From an uncultured Chloroflexia bacterium (GTDB lineage: Bacteria; Chloroflexota; Limnocylindria; Limnocylindrales; CSP1-4): a DNA stretch of 64,000 nt. Positions 1 through 9,695 of this stretch are shown here, one piece after another (the first letter of the stretch is position 1; the number at the start of each line of letters is the position of its first letter). The notes under the pieces were generated by a model. It was not told where the DNA came from and did no database searches. It saw only the letters and a list, made by a program, of their open reading frames with translations. The stretch lies in the NCBI GenBank assembly GCA_963829295.1, contig CAWHHU010000003.1:456463-520462 (forward strand), in the 5' to 3' direction. The position numbers and the translations under genes are program-made.

Positions 1-2
1 GC

Positions 3-995
3 GCCCATCACCACCTGTACTCGGCCCTCGCCCGCGGCATGCCCGCCCCGCCCGAGACCCCCAGGACCTTCCGCCAGGTCCTGGAACAGGTCTGGTGGCG
101 GCTCGACCGTGCGCTCGACCTCGAGATGATCGAATGGTCGGCGAAGCTCGGTGCGCTCGAGGCGCTCGAGTCGGGCACGACCGCGATCATCGATCATCAC
201 GAATCGCCCAATGCCGTCGAAGGGTCGCTGTCGGTCATCGCCGGCGCGTGCGCCGAGGTCGGGGTGAGGGTCGTGTGCGCCTACGGCGTGACCGATCGCA
301 ACGGGCCGGGCGAGGCGGCCCGGGGGCTCGAGGAGAACCGGCGCTTCCTGGCCGGCGGGGGCCGCGGCCTGGTCGGCCTTCACGCGGCCTTCACCTGTGG
401 CGACGCGACCCTGGAGGCGGCGGCCGGGCTCGCCCGGGAGCTCGGCGTGGGCGTCCACATCCACGTCTGCGAGGGACCCGAGGATGCGGCGGCGCCGGCC
501 CGGCTGGCCCGGCACGCGACACCGCAATGGCTGCTGGCGCACGCCGTCCACCTCCCGACGGCGCACGGCCTCGCTGGCACCATCGTCCACAACCCGCTCT
601 CGAACCTCAACAACGCGGTGGGCTACGCGAACCCCGCGCGGTTCGAAAATCCCGTGGCGCTCGGCAGCGACGGCATCGGCGCCTACATGCTCGAGACCTT
701 CCGGCTCGCCCACGCGCTGCATCGGTCGGTCGATATCACCACCTCGCCCGAGGTCGCCTGGCGCTGGCTGGAGGCAGGATGGGACCTCGTGCCCGAGGCG
801 CGCGCCGACCACGTGACCTGGTCGTATCAGCCGATCGACCCCTGGCACGTGGCCTTCACGCCCGGCATCCGGCCGCTGCGCGTCGAGATCGGCGGCACCG
901 TCGTCTGGGCAGACGGCCGACCGACGCTGGTGGACGCCGCCGAGATCCGGGCGAAGGCGCGGGAGCAGGCCGCCCGACTGCACGCCCGGCTGTGA
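3..995 (+). CDS. Metal-dependent amidohydrolase, SsnA/chlorohydrolase-like (5' end outside window)
   Basis: Frame from position 3 reads AHHHLYSALARGMP (HxH metal motif); also TTAIIDHH, HIHVCE and ALGSDG motifs of the amidohydrolase superfamily. Confidence 0.85.
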   Translation, partial: AHHHLYSALARGMPAPPETPRTFRQVLEQVWWRLDRALDLEMIEWSAKLGALEALESGTTAIIDHHESPNAVEGSLSVIAGACAEVGVRVVCAYGVTDRNGPGEAARGLEENRRFLAGGGRGLVGLHAAFTCGDATLEAAAGLARELGVGVHIHVCEGPEDAAAPARLARHATPQWLLAHAVHLPTAHGLAGTIVHNPLSNLNNAVGYANPARFENPVALGSDGIGAYMLETFRLAHALHRSVDITTSPEVAWRWLEAGWDLVPEARADHVTWSYQPIDPWHVAFTPGIRPLRVEIGGTVVWADGRPTLVDAAEIRAKAREQAARLHARL

Positions 996-1002
996 GGACA
1001 CC

Positions 1003-2868
1003 ATGACGCGCGAAGGGCCGGCGCTCAGCCCGTTTCCGCTTTCGACGCTGCTCGGGCGGATCGCGCACGAGTGGGCGACGCGGCGCCGGATCTTCGATCT
1101 TCCCGCAAGTCGCTTCTTCAACGCCTCCGCGGGGCCGGACCTCTCGATCCGGTTCCTGGGTCGCCAGGCGGCAACGCCGCTCGGCCCGGCGTCGGGCCCC
1201 CACACCCAGCTGGCCCAGAACATCGTGCTCGCGTGGCTCGGCGGCGGCCGCGTCATCGAGCTCAAGACGGTCCAGGTCCTCGACGAGCTCCGGATCGGAC
1301 GGCCGTGCATCGACATGGAGACCGTCGGCTACAACGTCGAGTGGAGCCAGGAGCTGCGGATCGAGCAATCGCTCGAGGAGTACGTCAAGGCCTGGATGAT
1401 CATCGAGATCCTTCGCGGCTGGGACGAGCTCGGGCCGTTCATCGGGTCCGACCCCGGGCCGCACATCTTCGATCTCTCGCTCGGCTACGACCTCGCCGGC
1501 ATCGCGTCGGACCGGGTGGCAGCCTTCATCGATGGGATGTCGGATGCCAGCCAGGTGATCGAGCGCCTCCGCAAGGACATCCCCGAGGCGTTCGCCGCGT
1601 GGCTGGATCACCCGTTCGCGCCCGGGATCGCGGGCTCGGTCACGCTTTCGACCTTCCATGGCTGCCCGCCGGACGAGATCGGCGCGGTTGCCAGGCACCT
1701 GATGACCCGACATGGGCTGGACGTCGTGGTGAAGCTCAACCCGACGCTGCTCGGCTTCGAGCGCGTGTCCGGGATCCTGGCCGATGAGCTCGGCTACGGG
1801 GAGATCCGGCTGCGCCGCTCCGACTTCGAGCACGATCTGTCGCTCGCCCGGGCGGTCGAGCTGATCGACGATCTGGACGCGTTCGCCCGGTCCCATGAGC
1901 GACGGTTCGGGATCAAGTGCACGAACACGCTCGTCGTCGGGAACCACCGTGGCGTGCTGCCCACTGATCCGATGTACCTGTCCGGACCACCGCTCCACGT
2001 GCTCGCGATGTCGGTCGTCGGAGCTATCCAGCAGGCGCTGCCGGGCCGGCTCGCGATCGGCGGCCAGAACGGCACGGTCGCCGCAGACGGCACGGTCGCC
2101 GCGGACGGCACGGTCGCCGCGGACGGCACGGTCGCCGCGGACGGCACGGTCGCCGTCAGCTTCTCGGCCGGCGTGACGAAGCACAACCTGCCCCCCCTGG
2201 CAGGGCTCGGCCTGGCGCCCATCACCGTCTGCTCGGACCTGCTGCGGCCGGGTGGCTATGGGCGGCTCCGACCGATGCTCGGCGCGTTGAGCGATGCGAT
2301 GACCGAGGCCGGTTGCGCCGACCTGACCGCCTGGCGACGACACGCCGGCGAGGTCGCCACCAGGTCAGGGTTCACGGATCCCGTCGCCGCCTACGTCGCC
2401 ACGCTCCATGACCCGGGCGGCAACGGCCGCTACACACGGGCCGGCACGACACCGAGACCCCGGCGTATCGGCCAGGTCCTCGAGACCTGGGGATGCATCG
2501 CCTGCAACCAGTGCGTCACGGTCTGCCCCAACGACGCCTTCTTCCGGGTCCCGACGCCGGCCGGGATGGAGGTCGACGGTGATCACCAGTACCTGCTGTT
2601 GGCGGAGCTGTGCAACGAGTGCGGGAACTGCATGGTGTTCTGTCCCCAGCTGGGCGACCCGGCCGTGGTGAAGCCCGCGCTGTTCCTGGACCCGGACCGC
2701 CTCGCCCGCGGCGACCAGGCGGGCTTCCTCCTCTCGCAGGCCGGCGGCGTGGTCGTGGTCACGCCGACGCCCGGTCGCGAGACGGACGCCCGGCACCTGA
2801 GCCGGATGCTCAACACGGCGGCCGGCCTGCCCGTCGATCCGGTTCACCTCGGGCCCGCCCGGGCCTGA
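1003..2868 (+). CDS. YgfK-like protein: N-terminal DHODH-like barrel plus C-terminal 2x[4Fe-4S] ferredoxin, lacking the central FAD/NADPH module
   Basis: GPASGPHTQLAQNI, ELKTVQ and RPCID motifs resemble the YgfK N-terminus; CIACNQCVTVCP and CNECGNCMVFCP ferredoxin motifs; follows an ssnA-like gene. Confidence 0.75.
   Translation: MTREGPALSPFPLSTLLGRIAHEWATRRRIFDLPASRFFNASAGPDLSIRFLGRQAATPLGPASGPHTQLAQNIVLAWLGGGRVIELKTVQVLDELRIGRPCIDMETVGYNVEWSQELRIEQSLEEYVKAWMIIEILRGWDELGPFIGSDPGPHIFDLSLGYDLAGIASDRVAAFIDGMSDASQVIERLRKDIPEAFAAWLDHPFAPGIAGSVTLSTFHGCPPDEIGAVARHLMTRHGLDVVVKLNPTLLGFERVSGILADELGYGEIRLRRSDFEHDLSLARAVELIDDLDAFARSHERRFGIKCTNTLVVGNHRGVLPTDPMYLSGPPLHVLAMSVVGAIQQALPGRLAIGGQNGTVAADGTVAADGTVAADGTVAADGTVAVSFSAGVTKHNLPPLAGLGLAPITVCSDLLRPGGYGRLRPMLGALSDAMTEAGCADLTAWRRHAGEVATRSGFTDPVAAYVATLHDPGGNGRYTRAGTTPRPRRIGQVLETWGCIACNQCVTVCPNDAFFRVPTPAGMEVDGDHQYLLLAELCNECGNCMVFCPQLGDPAVVKPALFLDPDRLARGDQAGFLLSQAGGVVVVTPTPGRETDARHLSRMLNTAAGLPVDPVHLGPARA
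2069..2155 (+). repeat. In-frame 18-bp tandem repeat, about 5 copies (GTVAAD)
   Basis: ACGGCACGGTCGCCGCGG units start at 2069, 2087, 2105, 2123 and 2141. Confidence 0.95.
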
Positions 2869-3072
2869 TGTCCCGGGATCGACGAGGAGCGCGGGCGTCC
2901 CCTACCCGGCAGATCGGCCACGTGGGAGCGGTATCCTCGCGTAGGGCTGCGAGGTGCCACGCAGCGCGAGAGCCGAGAACCTCCACGCGAGGGGACCGGG
3001 TCGCGGCCCAGCCTCGGCCGTGCAGCACCCATCGTCTGACCGCACCACTCCATGTCGCGAAGGAGTCCTCGC

Positions 3073-3699
3073 ATGGCCGACCTGGCCTCACTCTCCGCCG
3101 CCGTCGAGGAGGGCAACCGCAACGCCGCTGCCGAGCTCACGCAGTCGGCCCTCGACGAGGGCGCCGACCCTCAGACCGTGCTGGACGCGATGACCGCGGC
3201 CATGGACGTTGTGGGCCGCAGGTTCCAGGCCGGCGAGCTCTACGTGCCCGAGATGCTGATCGCGGCGCGGGCGATGAAGGCCGGTACCGCGATCCTCGAG
3301 CCGGTGCTGGTCGCGGCCGGCATCACGCCCGAGCACACGGCGGTTGTGGGCACGGTCGAGGGCGACCTCCACGACATCGGCAAGAACCTGGTCGGGATGA
3401 TGTGGAAGGGCGCCGGGTTCGAGGTCATCGATCTGGGCGTCAACGTCACGGCCGCGCAGTTCGTGGCCGCGGCGTCCGAGCACAGCGCCCACCTCATCGG
3501 ACTGTCGGCGCTGCTGACCACGACCATGCCCAACATGCGCGGCATCGTCGAGGCGGTGCGGGCAGCCGGGCTGTCGGCCAGGGTCGTCATCGGCGGCGCG
3601 CCCACCACGCCCGAGTTCGCGGCCCAGATCGGCGCCGATGGCTATGCCCCTGACGCGGGCGCCGCGGTCGACCTCGCCCGGGGCCTGCTGGCCCGCTAG
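3073..3699 (+). CDS. Corrinoid (B12-binding) protein, MtbC/MetH cap plus B12-binding domain
   Basis: GTVEGDLHDIGKNLV (DxHxxG), LSALLTTT, VIGGAP; AGGAG RBS before ATG 3073. Confidence 0.92.
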   Translation: MADLASLSAAVEEGNRNAAAELTQSALDEGADPQTVLDAMTAAMDVVGRRFQAGELYVPEMLIAARAMKAGTAILEPVLVAAGITPEHTAVVGTVEGDLHDIGKNLVGMMWKGAGFEVIDLGVNVTAAQFVAAASEHSAHLIGLSALLTTTMPNMRGIVEAVRAAGLSARVVIGGAPTTPEFAAQIGADGYAPDAGAAVDLARGLLAR

Positions 3700-4040
3700 A
3701 GCAGCCGCCCGCCGCGGCTCCGGGATCGAGGCAGCCCGGGGTGTTGTCCGTTCGGCTCTGGCACGGGGCGGCCGTCGCCCACCGAACGAGCTCCTGCTCA
3801 CCGGCATCGAGCGGGAGCGTGATGCCGCCATGGCGTGGGTGGGTGTGGCGGCCCCGGATGGGCTCCGGGCCCCGGTACCCGGGCGATGATGACCTCGCGT
3901 GATCCTCGGAGGCAGTCGATCGCCGTCCGCGGATCTGTCCGCGGAAGTGGGACGCGCAGCCGGGCCGCAGCGGCTGAGAGACGCTTGGTTCCATCCTCGC
4001 TCCCCGGCAGACGGATCACCCCCGGCGCCGTCGGTCCATG

Positions 4041-4624
4041 TCAGCCCTCGGCCGCCCGAGCCATGCCGAGGCCTTCCTCGAGATTCGACCGTCACCTGCC
4101 AGCCGAGCCGCTCCAGGGCCCGTCGCGGGTCGAGACGGCTGCGGGTGATGTCCTGCGCCCGGGGGCACCCCGTGCCGCACGGTCGGGCGCAACCCCGAGA
4201 CTCGCTCGAGGACGCCGATCACCTCATCGATGCTCGTGCTGCGGCCGCTCGCGACATTGACCGTCAGCGGCTCGTCGCGGGCCATTGCTCGCCGGACGGC
4301 ATCGGCGACGTCGGTCACGTAGACAAAGTCGCGCGTCCGCCGGCCGTTACCATCGACATCGAGCGGCAATCCGCGTCGCAGCCGGGCGATGAAGATCGCG
4401 ATCACCCCTGCCTCGAGATCGATGCGCTGTCGGGGCCCGTACGCGTTCGCGAGGCGCAGGATGATCACCGCGTGGCGCGGTCCGAGGACCTGAGCGAGAT
4501 AGCGCTCGGCGACCCACTTGCTCAGGCCGTAGGCGCTCAGCGGCTCGATCGGGCGATCCGCGTCACGGGGCGGGTACCTCGGGCGACCATAGAGCGCGCC
4601 ACCAGTCGTGATGTAGACCAGGTC
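4041..4624 (-). pseudogene. Decayed NAD-dependent epimerase/dehydratase (extended SDR): no N-terminal Rossmann motif, two C-terminal frameshifts
   Basis: SAYGLSK (YxxxK), LRLANAYGPRQ, RDFVYVTDVA; DITRSRLDP..LERLGW and LEEGL continue in two other frames. Confidence 0.8.
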
Positions 4625-4716
4625 GAGCCATGTGCGTTCGGCGGCGTGCGGTCCCGCCATGGCGATTACTCTCTCGCCGTGGCGATCGGACGTCACGCTG
4701 GAGGATCAGGACCACC

Positions 4717-6381
4717 GTGTTCGAGCTGAGCGTGATCATCCCGAGCCGCGATGCCGGCAGCCGTCTGAAGACGTGCCTGGCGGCCTTGGCGGCGCAGCGG
4801 GATGCGAAGAGCCGCTTCGAGGTCATCGTCGTCGACGACGGCTCGAGGACCCCGATCTCGGTGAGTCTGCAGACCGCAGGCGAATGGTTCCCGATTCGCA
4901 TCGTCCGCCGAGACGTGTCCGGCGGCCCCGCCGCCGCCCGCAACACGGGCTGGCGAGCCGCGAGCGGCCAGGTCTGCCTGTTCCTCGACGACGACGTGGA
5001 GGCTGATCCGTGTGTGGTGCGAGACCACATCGAGGCGCATCGCGGCGGTGCAATGCGCGTCGGGATCGGGCGTCTGACGGACCATGTCCCGGCGCGTGCC
5101 GACTGGCTGGCCCGCGCCTTCGCCGACGCGTGGAACGCCCACGACGCGGCGCTGGCGGCCGGCCGGCCCCCTCGGGCGAGCGACGGCTACAGCGGAGCGT
5201 GGTCGGCACCCGTCGAGCTGCTCCGCATGGCCGGTGGCTTCGACGAGCACATCCCGCGCAACGAGGACGTGGACCTGACCGCGCGCCTCGTCGAGCTCGG
5301 CGCGTCTCTGCGCATCGTCGGCCGTCCCAGCCGGCATCGAGAACACAAGGCGGGCCCCACGCTGCTGTCCGACGCCGGCCGTAACGGCGCCGTGGCGCCG
5401 CGGCTGGTCGCGCGCCATCCCTGGCTGCTCGCCGACACAGAGCTGGGATCCTTCGCTGCCACGGGGCAGCGTCAGCTTCTCGCGCGTCGGGTGCTGGCCC
5501 GCTCGCCGCTCCCGGCGGAGTGGATGGCCGGCATGGCGGGAACGCTCGCCCGCCCCGGGAACGGCGGGCGAGCGCACGCCGCGATGAACCTGCTCGTCCA
5601 CCACGCCTACTGGCGCGGGGTCCGCCGGTCGCTCGACAACAATTCCTACGCGCGGGCCACCGATGGTACGGCGATCCTGATGTACCACGGGTTCTCGCCG
5701 TCCCGGTCGGTGCCGAGCCGCTACGTCACGCCGTCCGCCCGGTTCGAGGCCCAGCTCCGGATGCTGCTCCGTCTGGGGCATCGTCCGTTGCGTCTGACGA
5801 CCTATCTCGAGCTGCGTCGTGCCAACATCCAGCCACCTGCCCGATCATTCGTGGTCACGATCGACGACGGCTACGCGGAGATCGAAACGATCGCTGCCCC
5901 GATCCTTCGCCGGCTGGGCATTCCGGCGACGATCTTTCTGGTAGCGAACGCGATCGGCGGTCGCAACGGCTGGGACCGCGGCGGATCGCTGGCCCACAGG
6001 TCCGTGCTGGACACGGACGCCATCCGCCGGCTTCGGTCCGCCGGCTTGGAGTTCGCCGCCCACAGCGCCGGCCATGCCAACCTGACCGGGCTGCCCGCCC
6101 GCAGGCTCGCCGCCGAGGTCGGAGGCGCCGTCGCGATGCTCGAGGATCGAATCGGCACGCTCGTGACGGCGTTCGCATACCCGTTCGGGGCTGCCGATGC
6201 CGCCGCCCGGGCGGCGGTCGAGGACGCCGGTCTCGTCGGTCTCGGGATAGCCGAAGGGCTCGCGTGCCCCGCGTCTCCGGCTGCGAGCCTCCCTCGCATC
6301 GAGGTTCGCGGCTCGGACTCACCACTGCGCCTTGCCCTGGCCACGCGCCTGGGCGGGACGCGTCGCCTGGTCCGCGCGTGA
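4717..6381 (+). CDS. GT2 glycosyltransferase fused to NodB-type polysaccharide deacetylase
   Basis: VIIPSRD, VVDDGS, FLDDD, EDVDL; then ILMYHGF, VTIDDGY, AHSAGH, AYPFG; GTG start after GGAGG. Confidence 0.88.
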   Translation: MFELSVIIPSRDAGSRLKTCLAALAAQRDAKSRFEVIVVDDGSRTPISVSLQTAGEWFPIRIVRRDVSGGPAAARNTGWRAASGQVCLFLDDDVEADPCVVRDHIEAHRGGAMRVGIGRLTDHVPARADWLARAFADAWNAHDAALAAGRPPRASDGYSGAWSAPVELLRMAGGFDEHIPRNEDVDLTARLVELGASLRIVGRPSRHREHKAGPTLLSDAGRNGAVAPRLVARHPWLLADTELGSFAATGQRQLLARRVLARSPLPAEWMAGMAGTLARPGNGGRAHAAMNLLVHHAYWRGVRRSLDNNSYARATDGTAILMYHGFSPSRSVPSRYVTPSARFEAQLRMLLRLGHRPLRLTTYLELRRANIQPPARSFVVTIDDGYAEIETIAAPILRRLGIPATIFLVANAIGGRNGWDRGGSLAHRSVLDTDAIRRLRSAGLEFAAHSAGHANLTGLPARRLAAEVGGAVAMLEDRIGTLVTAFAYPFGAADAAARAAVEDAGLVGLGIAEGLACPASPAASLPRIEVRGSDSPLRLALATRLGGTRRLVRA

Positions 6382-6390
6382 GCACTCGAC

Positions 6391-7350
6391 ATGGCTGACC
6401 GGGCGGGTCCGCGCACCCCAATGGAGGATCGGACATCGGAGTCGGCCGTGCTCGAACCTGCGACGCTGGTGATCCCGACGGTGGACCGCCCGGACCTCCT
6501 GGCCGGGGCGCTGGCCTCGGCGCTGGCATCTGAGCCGCCGCTCGACGAGATCCTGGTCGTCGACCAGTCGGCGGCGTGTGATGGTCGGGTCGAGCGTCTG
6601 GCCGAGGCGTCGGGCCATCCCGTGCGACACGTGCACGCGACCGTGCGTGGCGTGAGCCGCGCGCGGAATCTCGGTGCACGGCTCGCCCGGTCCGAGGTCC
6701 TGCTGTTCATGGACGACGACGCGCTCGTGGACTCGGCCTGGAGCCGCGCGTTGCGCGCGGCCCTCGCGGCGGCGCCCAGGGCCGTGATCACGGGTCGATA
6801 CGAGGCGACCATGCCGGAGCAACGCGGCGCGTTCGCGCCCTCGACGACAAGCGGCGACGAACCGCATACGTTCACGGAACCCGGCGACGTCGACGTGCTC
6901 TACTCGGGCAGCATGGCCATCCGGCGGTCCACACTTGCAGGCATCGGGGGCTTCGACGAGCGGCTGGGCCCCGGTACTCGCTATCCGAGCGCCGAGGACA
7001 ACGACCTCGCCCACCGTCTTCTCGTGGGCGGCGTCCCGATCATGTACGAGCCGGCGGCTCACGCCCACCATCGTGCCTGGCGACCGCCTCGGGATCTGGC
7101 CGGCGTCCGCTGGCGCTACGGGCGCGGACAGGGCGCGTTCCTCGCCAAGCATCTGACCGACGGGCGTGGTCGCACGAGCGCCCGGCTGCGGTCACACCTG
7201 CTGCGGTCCGCCCGTCGCGCCGCTCGATCGCTGGCAAGTCCGGTTCTGGCAGTGCCGGACGTGGCCTACCTCGCCGGGCTGCTCGTGGGCTCGTTCGAGT
7301 GGATCCTCCGGGAGCGTGTCATTCGCGGCGACAATCGGCCCGGCCGGTGA
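6391..7350 (+). CDS. GT2 glycosyltransferase
   Basis: VIPTVDR, VVDQS, ARNLG, FMDDD, GGFDERLGPG, AEDNDL. Confidence 0.9.
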   Translation: MADRAGPRTPMEDRTSESAVLEPATLVIPTVDRPDLLAGALASALASEPPLDEILVVDQSAACDGRVERLAEASGHPVRHVHATVRGVSRARNLGARLARSEVLLFMDDDALVDSAWSRALRAALAAAPRAVITGRYEATMPEQRGAFAPSTTSGDEPHTFTEPGDVDVLYSGSMAIRRSTLAGIGGFDERLGPGTRYPSAEDNDLAHRLLVGGVPIMYEPAAHAHHRAWRPPRDLAGVRWRYGRGQGAFLAKHLTDGRGRTSARLRSHLLRSARRAARSLASPVLAVPDVAYLAGLLVGSFEWILRERVIRGDNRPGR

Positions 7351-7354
7351 GCGG

Positions 7355-8986
7355 ATGATCGATCCGCCGGCGATCGAGCCCGAGGTGCTGCCCGATCCGC
7401 CGCCGGCCGGAGACGTCGCGGTTGCGGCTGACCTGCCGGGGGTCCGCCCGGCGCGTGGGCGGCGCACGCTGAAGAATGCCCTGGCGAATGGCACCAGCCG
7501 CGTCGTCTCGGTGGTCGCGTCGTTCCTGCTGACGCCGGTCATCCTGCATGCGGTCGGGACCGACGCGTTCGGGTTATGGGTCCTCGTCGGGTCCGTCGTT
7601 GCGTACGGTTCGCTGCTCGACCTCGGGATCGGCGGTGCGCTGACCAAGTACGTCGCGGAGCACCAGGCGACGGGCGACGTCCGCTCCACGCGCTCGGTCA
7701 TTGCCGCCGGGTTGCGGCTGTACGTCGGCCTCGGCGCGATCGCCGCCCTGTTGGGGCTCGGGCTCGCCGCCGTCGCGCCGACCCTCTTTCGCGTCCCGGA
7801 CACCTTGGCCGGCACGGCCGGTGAGATCACCGCGCTGATGGCCGTTGGACTGGGCGTCGCGATCCCGTGCACGACCGCGACTGCCGTGCTCCGCGGGCTG
7901 CACCGCTACGACCTCGCGGCGGCGATCGCCGTCGTGGGGACCGTGGCCTCGGTGGCGACAACCCTCGGGGCATTGGCGCTCGGATGGGGGGTCCTCGGGA
8001 TCGTCGCGTTGGGAATACCCATCCCCATCGCGACCCAGTTGCTGGCCATCGCCGCCATCCGACGCATCGAACCGGCGCTGCTCGACCGGGGTGGGGAGCG
8101 CGCGCCGGGTGCCACCCGGCGCATCGTGGCCTTCAGCTGGCCCCTGTTCCTGCTCGACATCGCGGGCCGGCTTCAGACGAAGACCGATGAGATCGTGGTC
8201 GGCGTCGCGCTCGCGCTGGGCTCGGTGACGCCGTACGCGTTGGGGCGCAAGCTCTCGACGATCCCGCGTCTCATCGCCGAGCAGTTCACGATGCTGCTCC
8301 TGCCGCTCGCGTCCGAGCTGCACGCTCGCGACGAGCATGAACGGCTGCGCTCGCTGTACCTGGTCGGCGTCCGCACGTCGCTCGCTATCGCATTGCCACT
8401 CACGACCGCCCTGATCGTCCTGGCCGGACCGATCCTGGACGCCTGGGTGGGACCGGACTACGAAGGCGGTGCCGCGGTCGTCGTTATCCTCGCGATCGCC
8501 TCGGTGGTCGACCTGAGCCTGTGGCCGGCCGGATTCGTGCTGCAGGGCATCGCCCGCCACCGTTGGCTGGCACCGATTGCCCTGGGCTCGGGCGTCGCCA
8601 ACCTCATCCTGTCGCTAGCTCTCGCCCGACCGCTGGGCCTGGTCGGAGTGGCGCTGGGAACCCTCCTGCCCACAACGATCGAGGCGCTCGTCGTGCTCAC
8701 GCCGTTCACGCTGCGGACCCTGAACATCACGCCCGGGCGTTTTGCGAGCGAGGCGCTCGTGCCGGCCCTGTGGCCGGTCATCCCGGCCAGCCTGCTCCTG
8801 ATCGTCCTCCGGGCCTTGCTCGCCCCGACCTCGGTCGCGTCGATCGTGGTACTCGTCATCCTCGTGCACGCCGCGTACGGCGTGGCGTACCTGGCCAACC
8901 CGGCGGCAGGGCTAGAACGACGCGTCATCGGCGGCCTGGTATCGGATGTTCGCTCGGTCAGGTGGCGGTCGGGCGGACGGCCCTAG
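7355..8986 (+). CDS. Wzx/MurJ-like oligosaccharide flippase
   Basis: Many hydrophobic segments; FGLWVL..., LLDLGIGGALTKYVA typical of polysaccharide exporters; lies within the GT cluster. Confidence 0.85.
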   Translation: MIDPPAIEPEVLPDPPPAGDVAVAADLPGVRPARGRRTLKNALANGTSRVVSVVASFLLTPVILHAVGTDAFGLWVLVGSVVAYGSLLDLGIGGALTKYVAEHQATGDVRSTRSVIAAGLRLYVGLGAIAALLGLGLAAVAPTLFRVPDTLAGTAGEITALMAVGLGVAIPCTTATAVLRGLHRYDLAAAIAVVGTVASVATTLGALALGWGVLGIVALGIPIPIATQLLAIAAIRRIEPALLDRGGERAPGATRRIVAFSWPLFLLDIAGRLQTKTDEIVVGVALALGSVTPYALGRKLSTIPRLIAEQFTMLLLPLASELHARDEHERLRSLYLVGVRTSLAIALPLTTALIVLAGPILDAWVGPDYEGGAAVVVILAIASVVDLSLWPAGFVLQGIARHRWLAPIALGSGVANLILSLALARPLGLVGVALGTLLPTTIEALVVLTPFTLRTLNITPGRFASEALVPALWPVIPASLLLIVLRALLAPTSVASIVVLVILVHAAYGVAYLANPAAGLERRVIGGLVSDVRSVRWRSGGRP

Positions 8987-9695
8987 CCAGGCTCACGACC
9001 GGGAACGACGGATCGTCGGTCTCGAGGTCCGATGCCGCGAGCTCCTCGGCAGCCGCCCCCGCCAGAAACGCGATCGCCGCCAGGACATTGCCGCGGCCCC
9101 CGACGCGGAGCTCCGCGTCGCCGAACGCCGCTTCGAGGAGCTGTTCGAGCCCGGTCGGCGTGAAACGCCATCGGTCGATGTCGACGTCCGAGCGGCCGAT
9201 GCGGCCGATGCACGGCACCGAGATCAGCAGCACACCGCCGGGCGCCAGTGCCTGGGCGAGGTTGGCGATGGCCGCCGGGACGTCCGTCACGTACTGCAGG
9301 ACCTGCGTGAGGACGATCGCGTTGAAGGTCCCCGCCGGCAAGCTGCCGGCCACCGAGAGATCGGCCCGGATCGTCGCTCGACGGTTCGTGTGATCGATGT
9401 CGACGATGTCCACGATGATCAACCCGTGTCCGAACCGGCTGGTGTATCCGGCATCGCGGACCTCGAGCACGCGGCCCGTGATGTCCGCGCGATGCTCCTC
9501 GAGGAAGGCCTCGATGTACCAGCGATCGATCGGCGTGCCGCGCTCGCGCCCCCAGTGATCGCTCAGCGGGCGCGTGCGTCGGAGTGTGCCGAACCAGAGC
9601 GGGTGCCGGAGGCGCTGCAGGCGCCGACGCAGCTCCGCTCGCCGGCCCGCGCGAGCGGAGCCAGGGTGGTGGGCGCGACCCGGCTCGGAGCTCAT
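8958..9695 (-). CDS. Class I SAM-dependent methyltransferase, glycan-cluster type
   Basis: RGTPIDRWYI, GRVLEV, LTQVLQY, LAPGGVLL; ATGA overlap with upstream deacetylase. Confidence 0.82.
   Translation of the reverse strand: MSSEPGRAHHPGSARAGRRAELRRRLQRLRHPLWFGTLRRTRPLSDHWGRERGTPIDRWYIEAFLEEHRADITGRVLEVRDAGYTSRFGHGLIIVDIVDIDHTNRRATIRADLSVAGSLPAGTFNAIVLTQVLQYVTDVPAAIANLAQALAPGGVLLISVPCIGRIGRSDVDIDRWRFTPTGLEQLLEAAFGDAELRVGGRGNVLAAIAFLAGAAAEELAASDLETDDPSFPVVSLARAVRPTAT

Noticed and set aside
856-2343. 495-aa minus-strand ORF
   Set aside because: Antisense shadow of the YgfK-like gene; Arg/Gly/Pro-rich with no motifs
1-2868. Selenocysteine recoding in the ssnA/ygfK-like genes
   Set aside because: No in-frame TGA at a Cys-equivalent position; both frames are open to normal stops
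2869-3072. Possible riboswitch upstream of the corrinoid gene (nested stems CCTCGCGT/ACGCGAGG and GCTGCG/CGCAGC)
   Set aside because: I could not match cobalamin, SAM, SAH, ZTP, TPP or Moco consensus cores, and short stems are common at this GC content; an Rfam cmscan would settle it
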